DNA of 64,000 nucleotides from positions 13,397 to 77,396 of the forward strand of contig NZ_CAMZCS010000011.1 in NCBI RefSeq assembly GCF_947305105.1, read 5' to 3'. Below, piece after piece: positions 55,454 to 63,750 of this stretch. The DNA is from an uncultured Fibrobacter sp. (lineage in GTDB: Bacteria > Fibrobacterota > Fibrobacteria > Fibrobacterales > Fibrobacteraceae). The notes below the pieces were generated by a model, which was given only the letters and a program-made list of their open reading frames with translations, was not told the origin of the DNA and made no database searches. The translations under genes and the position numbers were made by a program. The first letter of the stretch is position 1. The number at the start of each line of letters is the position of its first letter.

Positions 55454-56161
55454 ATGCGTTTACCGGTAGTCATACTTGCATTGAATGCGTTGGTTTTAGC
55501 CCAGGGAACATTCCATAACGGCAGGGATCGCGAACGATGCATACCTAGTTACCACGAATGTCTCAACCCAAAAGGTATGCAACGACTAGTGGATGATCCC
55601 ACGGATAGTACGGACATGTCTACATTCCCGAGTCTAGAGCATACCGTGAACATCTCGGGGATTGTTGATTCAGTCGTCCCAATAGTTATGGATACTGCAA
55701 ATGGGAAATTCGATATCAACGCCTGCGTTGAATACGAAAAAGATGGAGAAACATTCTGCCATTACAGCATTGTTGGATACCTAGGCCCTTCTAGCAACCA
55801 ACAGGAAGAGGTAAGACACGTCCTTCTGCGAAATTTCAAGGCTTACTTCGAAACAGAATCGCCCATGACAAAAGCACTGGATTCTTCCTGGATTTATTAC
55901 CCCAAAAAAATTGAACTTAAAGTTGGAGATTCACTTTATATAAAGGGGTACTCAGCACTATTCAACAACGCAAAATCAAATGCCTCATGTATGTATATAC
56001 CTTCAGCCGTAGTTGTCGGAGAATACTTCATCAACCCTACAGAAGATATCCTATCAACGCCACGTTCCCGCGTTTTGAGGGTTGAAAAGCCCAAAATTCA
56101 CAATCGCGATGCCGGTGGCCGCTGCGTAAACGACAAGAAAAGGAATGTGATTAAGTATTAG
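55454..56161 (+). CDS. Small secreted hypothetical protein, paralog C
   Basis: It starts MRLPVVILALNALVLAQG. It is ~85-90% identical to paralog A at the DNA level, including 36 bp upstream of the ATG. Confidence 0.8.
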   Translation: MRLPVVILALNALVLAQGTFHNGRDRERCIPSYHECLNPKGMQRLVDDPTDSTDMSTFPSLEHTVNISGIVDSVVPIVMDTANGKFDINACVEYEKDGETFCHYSIVGYLGPSSNQQEEVRHVLLRNFKAYFETESPMTKALDSSWIYYPKKIELKVGDSLYIKGYSALFNNAKSNASCMYIPSAVVVGEYFINPTEDILSTPRSRVLRVEKPKIHNRDAGGRCVNDKKRNVIKY

Positions 56162-56528
56162 GCTCGAAGCTCGGGGCTCGGGGCGAGAGGCTAGAAAATA
56201 GAGACTACCTTTGACCACTTAGTGCTTTAGCACTTATGTGGGCATGGCCACCTTTAGGTGGGAGGCTAGTGAAAAGAATCACGCACTTCGTGCGTCAATA
56301 TAAGACGGCGAAGCCGTGATATTTCTCCCTAGCCCCTAGATTCTAACCTCTAGATTCTCTAACGGAGATTGCTTCAGGGCTTCGCCCTTCGCAATGACAA
56401 CCAAGGCGAATGCCACGCCAAAACGCTTGCGTTTCAGCATGGCAGAACCGACGAGTCATGCGCCTGCGAATGACAACTTTTTTCTCTCGTCTCTCGTCTA
56501 TCCCTAACCACTTCCTACTGCCTACTGT
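56162..56528. repeat. 367-bp non-coding mosaic of short hairpin modules and word repeats (includes inverted copy 2 of the 4609-4696 element at 56263-56349)
   Basis: Hairpins are CCACCT-tt-AGGTGG, ACGCAC-ttc-GTGCGT, ACGGC-gaa-GCCGT, AGGGC-ttc-GCCCT and AAACGC-tt-GCGTTT. Words are ctagattctaa and cttcctactgcctactgtctac. Confidence 0.75.
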
Positions 56529-56867
56529 CTACTCCGCTTTCTTTACTTCCTCCGCTTTCCATGGAGTAAGGCCCACAACATCGTCTACTGGGAGCGAGAA
56601 CGCGATTCCCTGGCCCATGGTATCAAGCCCAGCCTTCTGATAAAGGGCGTGCAGCACGGCATCTTTAATTTTCGCATCCACCAGAATCATCACGATTTCT
56701 TTTTCAGGCTGGATGGCAATCTTGAAAAACGATTCGGCTTCTTTGTTCGCCGTTCCGCGAGCATTCAAAATCGTGCCGCCGCGTGCACCGGCGTCTTTGG
56801 CGGCCGCCATCACGACTTCGGAAAACCCGGTGTTGACTATACAAAGGATGACCTCGTGCTTGTTCAT
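56529..56867 (-). CDS. P-II-like (GlnB-fold) small protein
   Basis: 112 aa with VILCIVNTGFSEVVMAAAKDAGARGGTILNARG.. and a beta-alpha-beta-beta-alpha-beta pattern. Its start overlaps the upstream gene by ATGA. Confidence 0.65.
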   Translation of the reverse strand: MNKHEVILCIVNTGFSEVVMAAAKDAGARGGTILNARGTANKEAESFFKIAIQPEKEIVMILVDAKIKDAVLHALYQKAGLDTMGQGIAFSLPVDDVVGLTPWKAEEVKKAE

Positions 56868-57316
56868 ACTGAGTCCCTCCGAATCTGCGAACGGTTGTCG
56901 CTCAAGAAATTGAAAATGGATTTTCCGATGATACTCGACATGGGAATGGTGTAGGCGATGCCCTTGCCGCCGTGAATCGTATTGAAACGGTCTTCCAAAC
57001 CGTCCAGCGCATTGCGGAGGCTATCTTCCCCGATGATGCTCAAAATAATGGCGCGGTCGGAATCCGTAAGGCCCATCGCATTCAAAAATTCCTGGGGAGC
57101 CGTGCCCTTGCCGAACAGCACCATCTGCACATTCGCTCCAAAAGATTGGATGAAATCTACGTAGAAGTCCGCCTTTGTACGCCCCACGATAGTCACGAGG
57201 ATTTTCAGCCTGTTCACAGAAACCCGATTGCGTTCGGATTCCTGCCGGCGTCTCCGGTAAGGGACTTTCGCGGCTAGCTTTTCTGAAATCTTCAGTGCAC
57301 TTTGTTTACCCACCAT
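56864..57316 (-). CDS. P-II-like small protein with a basic N-terminal extension
   Basis: LKILVTIVGRTKADFYVDFIQSFGANVQMVLFGKGTAP.. has a P-II-like fold pattern. It lies 8 nt downstream of the DUF1538 gene. Confidence 0.55.
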   Translation of the reverse strand: MVGKQSALKISEKLAAKVPYRRRRQESERNRVSVNRLKILVTIVGRTKADFYVDFIQSFGANVQMVLFGKGTAPQEFLNAMGLTDSDRAIILSIIGEDSLRNALDGLEDRFNTIHGGKGIAYTIPMSSIIGKSIFNFLSDNRSQIRRDSV

Positions 57317-57324
57317 GGCTGCCT

Positions 57325-58857
57325 CTACATAAAGTCAATGATCTGCTCGTCGTCGGCATCCTGGATGCGGCGCATCATCATGCGGTTGCGGAGCGCCCTG
57401 GAGAATGTCGCCCTGAATCCCAGCACCTGGATGGTTATAAGGGGGGTCATCGCCACCATGGCGACAATCCCGAACGCATAATTCAATACCGAATCGCCCC
57501 CGTCGCGCAGCTCGGCGCAGGCGCCAATGGCGAGTGGCAAAATAAAGCTCGAAGTCAAGGGCCCGCTCGCGACTCCACCGGAGTCAAATGCGATAGCCGT
57601 ATAGAGTTTGGGAACAAAGAACGAAAGCCCAAGCGAAATGAAGTAGCCGGGAATCAGGTAATAAATGATAGGGAACCCGACAATGATGCGAATCATCGAA
57701 AGCCCAATCGAAATACCCACACCCACAGAAAGCGCAATCAGCATCGACCGCTTGGTCACAAGTCCGCCCGTAATATCCTCGACCTGCTTGTTGAGCACGT
57801 GAACCGCAGGCTCCGCAAGCACCACCACCATGCCAAGGACAAATCCCGCCACCACGAGAGCACGCGGCATGTTGCCTAGCTGCTTGCCCAGTTCAAAACC
57901 GATAGGCATGAACCCTACCGCAACTGCCGTCAAAAACACAACGAGGCCAACAAAAGTGTAGACAATGCCAAAGGACATCTGCGCCAGTTTAGTCTTGGAA
58001 ACCCTGAGAATAGAAATCTGGAGCAGCATAAAGAATATCACAATCAACCCGAGCGCAACCGAAACTTCTTTCACGACACCGAAAATCGTGGGCCCGAAAT
58101 TTTCCCCCAAAGAGGCTTCGATAGAATACGCCGATTCCGAAAGTTGGTAAGTCAGGTCCCCTTTCGAAAGAATCACAAGCCCCATGAGCGCAATAATCGG
58201 GCCAACAGAGCAAAGCGCAATCAAACCGAAACTGTTTTCGTTCGCATTCTTGCCGCCAATAGCGCCAGCCACACCCACGCCGAGCGCCATAATGAAGGGC
58301 ACCGTGATAGGCCCGGTCGTCACGCCACCAGAATCGAACGCGAGCGGCACAAACATATCCTTGCCAAAGGTCACCATGAGCATGCCGAACATGAACAGCG
58401 CAAGGTAGAAGAAGATGATAATAGTCGAGAGGTCCTTCTTGAAGACAATCTTCACGATAGACAACACCAGGAATATCCCGACACCGATACCGATTGTGGC
58501 AATCAAAAGCGTCGGTTCCACGGCATTTTTCACCTGTTCCGCAAGCACCGAGAGATCTGGTTCCGCCACCGTAATAAGCACGCCCATCACAAAGCACACC
58601 GAAACGAGCAGCATCAACCTACGCGACTTGGCAAGGCCGGAACCCACATGCTCGCCCATCGGGGTCATGGCAAGGTCGGCCCCCAGGTTAAAAAGCCCGA
58701 TGCCCCCTACCAAAAAAACGGCGCAAATGGCAAAAACAATCAGCTGTTTGGGCGAAAAAGAGACAAGAGGGGTAAACGACACCGCAAGCACAATCAGCGT
58801 GACGGGCAAAACCGAGGCAAAAGCCTCTTTCAACTTATCCCAGAAGATTTTGAACAT
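57325..58857 (-). CDS. DUF1538-family polytopic membrane protein (duplicated domain)
   Basis: 510 aa with ~12 TM helices and internally duplicated motifs FDSGGVTTGPITVPFIMALG and FDSGGVASGPLTSSFILPLAIG. Confidence 0.8.
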   Translation of the reverse strand: MFKIFWDKLKEAFASVLPVTLIVLAVSFTPLVSFSPKQLIVFAICAVFLVGGIGLFNLGADLAMTPMGEHVGSGLAKSRRLMLLVSVCFVMGVLITVAEPDLSVLAEQVKNAVEPTLLIATIGIGVGIFLVLSIVKIVFKKDLSTIIIFFYLALFMFGMLMVTFGKDMFVPLAFDSGGVTTGPITVPFIMALGVGVAGAIGGKNANENSFGLIALCSVGPIIALMGLVILSKGDLTYQLSESAYSIEASLGENFGPTIFGVVKEVSVALGLIVIFFMLLQISILRVSKTKLAQMSFGIVYTFVGLVVFLTAVAVGFMPIGFELGKQLGNMPRALVVAGFVLGMVVVLAEPAVHVLNKQVEDITGGLVTKRSMLIALSVGVGISIGLSMIRIIVGFPIIYYLIPGYFISLGLSFFVPKLYTAIAFDSGGVASGPLTSSFILPLAIGACAELRDGGDSVLNYAFGIVAMVAMTPLITIQVLGFRATFSRALRNRMMMRRIQDADDEQIIDFM

Positions 58858-58924
58858 CCAAGGGGAATATAGTAATTTTTATATAATGCAACCGATGCTC
58901 TTTGGTATGCATCAAAAGGGTACT

Positions 58925-59470
58925 ATGGACGAAAAAGTGATACTTCAACATCTCAAGGACGGCAGCCGCGAAGCGCTCTCCCTGCTCTGGCAGGGGCACA
59001 GTTCGAACGTGCTGAACCTCGCCTTCCGCATGCTGAAGGACCGCGACCAGGCCGAAGACATCCTCATGGACGTGTTCGTGCAGGTGCCCAAGGCAGTTCA
59101 AGGTTTCCGGGGGGATTCGGCTCTCGGGACCTGGCTCTACCGCCTCACGGTCAACGCCTGCCTCATGAAGTTGCGCTCACAAAAGCGCCACCGCGAGCTT
59201 GAGGATGAAAAGCTGGATACCATTGTCGAAGAAGTTATTGGCAAGGGGGACCTGCAAAACGGGGACATCGACACCGAACTTCTGGAAAAGGGCCTCGCAC
59301 AGCTGCCGGCAGAAACGCGCAGTATGCTCTGGCTCAAGGATGCCGAGGACCTCGACGTGAAGGACCTCGCCTCGATTTACAAGATGCCCGAGGGCACTGT
59401 CAAGGCACGGCTCAGCCGCGCAAGGCATTTAGTGAGGGACTATTTGAAGGAGCGTAAGAATCATGGCTGA
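58925..59470 (+). CDS. ECF-type RNA polymerase sigma factor
   Basis: The internal ATG gives MDEKVILQHLKDGSREAL... Region 2 has DAEDILMDVF and GTWLYRLTVNACL. Region 4 has LPAETRSMLWLKDAEDLDVKDLASIYKMPEGTVKARLSRAR. Confidence 0.85.
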   Translation: MDEKVILQHLKDGSREALSLLWQGHSSNVLNLAFRMLKDRDQAEDILMDVFVQVPKAVQGFRGDSALGTWLYRLTVNACLMKLRSQKRHRELEDEKLDTIVEEVIGKGDLQNGDIDTELLEKGLAQLPAETRSMLWLKDAEDLDVKDLASIYKMPEGTVKARLSRARHLVRDYLKERKNHG

Positions 59471-59834
59471 CAAAATCGACTTCTCGAAGCTCGAAAGGCT
59501 TACCCCCAGGGAAGATTCCTGGGCCAAGGTCTGCGCCCGTCTGGACGCAGAATCAAGCGCTGCACCTGCAAAGGGCAAAATCATCAGCATCAAGAGCTGG
59601 TACAGTGCCATCCCGATTGCCGCAAGCATCGCCCTCGTTGCCCTCACGGCAATCCTCCCCGCATTTACAGATAACATAAACAACGAAGAAATTCAATCCA
59701 CCGAATACGTATCTATCAGTGATTCTGCGCCCTCCGAAGTTCTGAGCTGGTATTCCAACTTGGGTAACTCGGCAAGCGACGAGTTCGAAACGCTCGAAGA
59801 AACGGTCGGCTTCAGCTATTTAATAAAGGAGTAA
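59463..59834 (+). CDS. Putative anti-sigma factor (single-pass membrane protein)
   Basis: It overlaps the sigma gene by 8 nt (ATGGCTGA). It has one TM segment, AIPIAASIALVALTAILPAF, and is 123 aa long. Confidence 0.6.
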   Translation: MADKIDFSKLERLTPREDSWAKVCARLDAESSAAPAKGKIISIKSWYSAIPIAASIALVALTAILPAFTDNINNEEIQSTEYVSISDSAPSEVLSWYSNLGNSASDEFETLEETVGFSYLIKE

Positions 59835-59838
59835 AAAT

Positions 59839-60465
59839 ATGAAAGGAGCAAAACTCTTCACCGCAAGCCTTGCCGTGCTTGCCTTGGCCCTGGGGTTCTT
59901 CCTGGGGAACGTCTGCGGCAAATGCAGCATGTGCTGTAACAAGAGCGAAATGACCTGCTGCAAAAAAATGGAAGGCCCGTGCCCGCGCCATGGCATGATG
60001 CCGCCCCCAGGCGGCCCGCACCATCCGGGAGAATTCAAGGAGAACGGCCCCCACGGTGACTTCAAGGGTCATAAATTCAAGCACAAGATGGATCCCGCCG
60101 TCATCGACTCCATGCTGGAAGTGACACCGGAACAGAAGACTGCACTTGACGCAAGCCGAGCCAAGGGAGACTCCATCTTCAAGGAACTCCGCAAGAACAA
60201 GCACGAAGCTGAAAAGGCCCTAGGACAGGCCCTCGAGAACAACGACCCGAACGCCATAGAAGTCGCAAAGGCACAAGTTCTCGAAGCCGACAAGGCTCTC
60301 CTTGAACACCGCATCAACGGAGTTGCCGCCCTTTCGAAAATCCTCTCGAAGGAACAGCTCGACAAGTTCAACCAGTTCCGCAAAGAACAGATGAAACAGT
60401 TCAAGGAACTCAAGAAAAACGGACGGCCCGGCCCGCAGGGCAACCCGCCACCTCCACAGCCCTAA
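59839..60465 (+). CDS. Periplasmic Spy/CpxP/ZraP-family protein with a Cys/His/Met-rich N-terminal segment
   Basis: It has an AAGGAG SD and a signal/anchor, then CGKCSMCCNKSEMTCCKKMEGPCPRHGMMPPPGGPHHPGEF. Helical LTxxQ-like motifs follow (VTPEQKTALD, LSKEQLDKFNQF). Confidence 0.7.
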   Translation: MKGAKLFTASLAVLALALGFFLGNVCGKCSMCCNKSEMTCCKKMEGPCPRHGMMPPPGGPHHPGEFKENGPHGDFKGHKFKHKMDPAVIDSMLEVTPEQKTALDASRAKGDSIFKELRKNKHEAEKALGQALENNDPNAIEVAKAQVLEADKALLEHRINGVAALSKILSKEQLDKFNQFRKEQMKQFKELKKNGRPGPQGNPPPPQP

Positions 60466-60500
60466 AGCAATTTTCCAGCAAGCCTGAATTTACCGGACGC

Positions 60501-61013
60501 TTACCCGTCCGGTAAAATTATTTTATACGCATCCACCAACTTATCGAAAGGGACTGCACAATTTGCAGGCGATGTCGAAGGGAGCTTGACAGCATCGATT
60601 CCGACATCCTTCGCGCAGAATTTCTGGTACAGTTTATAGGCTGTCGCTCCGGTGCAGAAAATGCGCGTCACCTGGGAAAACTTCACCAATTCACCAATTC
60701 GGTTGGGGACGGCATCTTCGATGCTCGTGTCGCTCGCCCCCACGATTGTACAGCTTTCCAAAACATCCCACAACGCCACATGATGTTTTTTGAGCATGGC
60801 CTTCTTTTGCGGGATTGTGCCGGGAACTGCCTCGCCAAGGACCTGCGCGAGCACCTTCCAAAAACGGTTTTGCGGATGCCCGTAATAAAAACCGACCTCA
60901 CGGGACTTGGGCGAGGGAATCGAGCCCAACAGCAACACACGGGAATGGCGGTCAAAAACCGCAGGGAACTCGTGCGTAACGAGAGTACGAGCATTTTTTT
61001 CGGAGCGTTTCAA
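60501..61013 (-). CDS. Uracil-DNA glycosylase superfamily, family 6-like (DNA-deoxyinosine/hypoxanthine glycosylase)
   Basis: It has LLLGSIPSPKSREVGFYYGHPQNRFWKVL and ..LPSTSPAN. Confidence 0.75.
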   Translation of the reverse strand: MKRSEKNARTLVTHEFPAVFDRHSRVLLLGSIPSPKSREVGFYYGHPQNRFWKVLAQVLGEAVPGTIPQKKAMLKKHHVALWDVLESCTIVGASDTSIEDAVPNRIGELVKFSQVTRIFCTGATAYKLYQKFCAKDVGIDAVKLPSTSPANCAVPFDKLVDAYKIILPDG

Positions 61014-61022
61014 CGTATCGCC

Positions 61023-61580
61023 TTAAAAGACCTTGTCAATGGTCTCGACGAATTCTTTGTAGGCGAAAGTGGCCTTCAGGCTGCCGAGTGCACGGGCCAG
61101 CCCGCGGAAATGCCACTCGTGCGATGCAGCATCCTTGACACAGAACAAATCCCACACTTTATCGCCTATCGCCTGGTAATCGCGATAGATGGCGCGGATA
61201 TTGCTCAACTTGTCTGCAAGGGCCACGATTTTCACTTCGTTCGTTGCCAAAGTCAGACGTTCAATCGCTTCTTCCTTGCGCAGCCTCCAACTATCTTCGC
61301 GGCTCTTGCCCTCGAATACGATATCGGACTGCGCCTCGACCAGTTCTGCAATGCGCTTGCCAAACTCGCGCTCAACATCCTTGAGCGTCACCGCCGTATC
61401 TTCGACAGTGTCGTGCAATGCCGCCGCGGCCAGGAGTTCCTGGTCGTTTGTCATGGTAGCGGCAATCGAGACGGCCTCCATCGGGTGAACGATATACGGG
61501 AAGCCCTTCCCCTTGCGTTCAGCCCCTTGGTGCGCCTTCACCGCAAAAACAATCGCCTTGTCAAGAATAGAAGTGTCCAT
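61023..61580 (-). CDS. HD-domain protein, RelA/SpoT-type (p)ppGpp hydrolase-like (small alarmone hydrolase)
   Basis: AVKAHQGAERKGKGFPYIVHPMEAVSIAA..AAALHDTVEDT matches the SpoT hydrolase HD signature. At 185 aa it has no synthetase domain. Confidence 0.75.
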   Translation of the reverse strand: MDTSILDKAIVFAVKAHQGAERKGKGFPYIVHPMEAVSIAATMTNDQELLAAAALHDTVEDTAVTLKDVEREFGKRIAELVEAQSDIVFEGKSREDSWRLRKEEAIERLTLATNEVKIVALADKLSNIRAIYRDYQAIGDKVWDLFCVKDAASHEWHFRGLARALGSLKATFAYKEFVETIDKVF

Positions 61581-61595
61581 GGTTTAAATGTATAA

Positions 61596-61960
61596 AAAAA
61601 AGTTGGAAGTAGGAAGTAGACAGTAGGCAGTAGGCAGTGGTTAGTGGTTGGTGGTTAGGAGGCTATGGTACTTTAACACTAACCACTTTATAGATATGAA
61701 TCGAAGCAAAAACCCTTTTGAGCAGTCAGCAATGAGAAGTAAAACTACAGAAACTATACCTCATTCCTCAGAGTGCGAAGCACGACCTCACCGCTCACTG
61801 CTCATGGCTCGAGCCTCACACCTCATTGCACATCGCTCACCGCTCTTAAAGCTGTATTATTTCTTTGCTTTTTAGAGTTTTTATCCTTCCTACATCCTAC
61901 TTCCCCGCTTCTACTTTTTCTAAATTTAGCACCGCAACAAATACCCGCGCTTGCGGAAAG
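61596..61960. repeat. 365-bp non-coding region built of word repeats bracketed by imperfect inverted arms
   Basis: The left arm ggaagtaggaagtagacagtaggcagtaggcagt pairs with the right arm ccttcctacatcctacttcc..cttctact. An inner hairpin is GTGGTTAGTG..CACTAACCAC. The words ctcaccgctcac, ctcgagcctcac and cctcattgc are shared with 49847-49890 and 50641-50668. Confidence 0.7.
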
Positions 61961-61969
61961 GATTAATCT

Positions 61970-63634
61970 ATGTCGAAACTGACTGATTCTCAGGAATGGA
62001 AGGCCCTTGAGGCCCATGCCGAAGTCGCCAAGACCTGGCACATGAAGGAACTCTTCGCGAAGGACCCGGCCCGTGCCGAGAAGTTCAGCCTGGAAGCCTG
62101 TGGCCTCTTCCTGGACTACTCCAAGAACATCATCACGGACGAGACCATGGCCAAGCTCCAGGACCTCCTGAAGTTCTCCGGTTTCGAAGACATGCGTGCG
62201 AAGTTCTTCGGCGGCGAAAAGATTAACACCACCGAAAAGCGCGCCGTGCTCCACACCGCTCTGCGTTACAAGGGCAGCGACGCCATCTGCGTCGACGGCA
62301 AGGACGTGATGCCCGAAGTCCGTGCGGTTCTCAAGCACATGGAAGACTTTACCCACCTCGTCCGCAGCGGCAAGTGGAAGGGCCACACCGGCAAGGCCAT
62401 CAAGTACGTGGTGAACATCGGTATCGGCGGTTCCGACCTCGGTCCGGTGATGGTCACCGAAGCTTTGAAGCCGTATGCCGACAAGCCGATCGCCGGCGAA
62501 ACCTCTCCAGAAGTCTACTTCGTTTCTAACATCGACGGCACGCACATGGCCGAGACGCTCAAGAAGGTGAACATCGAAGAAACGCTCTTCATCGTCGCTT
62601 CCAAGACGTTCACGACTCTTGAGACCATGACGAACGCCGAAACCGCAAAGGCCGCCGTCCTCAAGGCCTTCAATGGCGACGAGAAGTCCATCGCGAAGCA
62701 CTTCGTGGCGCTCTCCACCAACACCGAAGCCGTTGCCGCCTTCGGTATCGATACTGCCAACATGTTCGAATTCTGGAACTGGGTCGGCGGCCGCTACTCC
62801 CTGTGGTCTGCTATCGGCCTCTCCATCGCGCTCCGCATCGGTTTCGAGAACTACATGAAGCTCCACCAGGGCGCCTACGAAATGGATCAGCACTTCAAGA
62901 CCGCTCCGGCCGACAAGAACATGCCTGTCATCCTCGCCCTCATCGGCGTGTGGTACAACAACTTCTTCGGCGCTTCCAGCTACGCGATGCTCCCGTACGA
63001 CCAGTACCTGCACCGCCTGGCCGCCTACTTCCAGCAGGCCGACATGGAATCGAACGGCAAGACTGTCGACCGCGAAAGCAAGCGCGTGAACTACCAGACC
63101 GGCCCGATCCTCTGGGGCGAACCGGGTACGAACGGCCAGCACGCCTTCTACCAGCTGATCCACCAGGGCACCAAGATGATTCCTTGCGACTTCATCGCCC
63201 CGGCCAACAGCCACAACAAGGTCGGCGACCATCACCAGAAGCTGCTCTCCAACTTCTTTGCCCAGCCCGAAGCCTTGATGAACGGCAAGACGCTCGCCCA
63301 GGCCCAGGAAGAACTCCGCAAGGATGGCAAGAGCGAAGAAGAAATCGCATTCCTCGCTCCGCACAAGGTGTTCGAAGGCAACAAGCCGACCAACTCCATC
63401 ATGATGGACTACGTTTCTCCGGAAACGCTCGGCGCCCTCATCGCCATGTACGAACACAAGATCTTCACCCAGGGCGTTATCTGGAACATCAACAGCTACG
63501 ACCAGTGGGGTGTTGAACTCGGCAAGCAGCTCGCGAAGAAGATTCTTCCGGAACTGGCCAAGGCCGACGCCGAACTGAGCCACGACAGCTCCACCAACGG
63601 GCTCATCAAGTGGTTCAAGGCACATCAGAAGTAA
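61970..63634 (+). CDS. pgi: Glucose-6-phosphate isomerase
   Basis: 554 aa with [36 protein letters not shown] and [15 protein letters not shown]. Confidence 0.95.
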   Translation: MSKLTDSQEWKALEAHAEVAKTWHMKELFAKDPARAEKFSLEACGLFLDYSKNIITDETMAKLQDLLKFSGFEDMRAKFFGGEKINTTEKRAVLHTALRYKGSDAICVDGKDVMPEVRAVLKHMEDFTHLVRSGKWKGHTGKAIKYVVNIGIGGSDLGPVMVTEALKPYADKPIAGETSPEVYFVSNIDGTHMAETLKKVNIEETLFIVASKTFTTLETMTNAETAKAAVLKAFNGDEKSIAKHFVALSTNTEAVAAFGIDTANMFEFWNWVGGRYSLWSAIGLSIALRIGFENYMKLHQGAYEMDQHFKTAPADKNMPVILALIGVWYNNFFGASSYAMLPYDQYLHRLAAYFQQADMESNGKTVDRESKRVNYQTGPILWGEPGTNGQHAFYQLIHQGTKMIPCDFIAPANSHNKVGDHHQKLLSNFFAQPEALMNGKTLAQAQEELRKDGKSEEEIAFLAPHKVFEGNKPTNSIMMDYVSPETLGALIAMYEHKIFTQGVIWNINSYDQWGVELGKQLAKKILPELAKADAELSHDSSTNGLIKWFKAHQK

Positions 63635-63720
63635 GCAGAGCTTACTTCTGAGCCATGAGGCATGAGGCCGGTCGCTTCGCTCCCTTTGAGGTATGAGTGA
63701 AGGAGCCTGGCTTTAGAAAG

Positions 63721-63750
63721 GGCTGCGACTTTGAGGTCGCGGCCTTTTTT
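63721..63750 (+). terminator. Intrinsic terminator after pgi
   Basis: GGCTGCGAC-tttgag-GTCGCGGCC followed by TTTTTT. Confidence 0.65.

Noticed and set aside
61648-61875. A 75-aa ORF inside the pgi upstream region.
   Set aside because: It lies entirely within word-repeat/low-complexity DNA, has no RBS and no coding-like composition, and its sequence is a translation of the ctcac/ctcat repeats.
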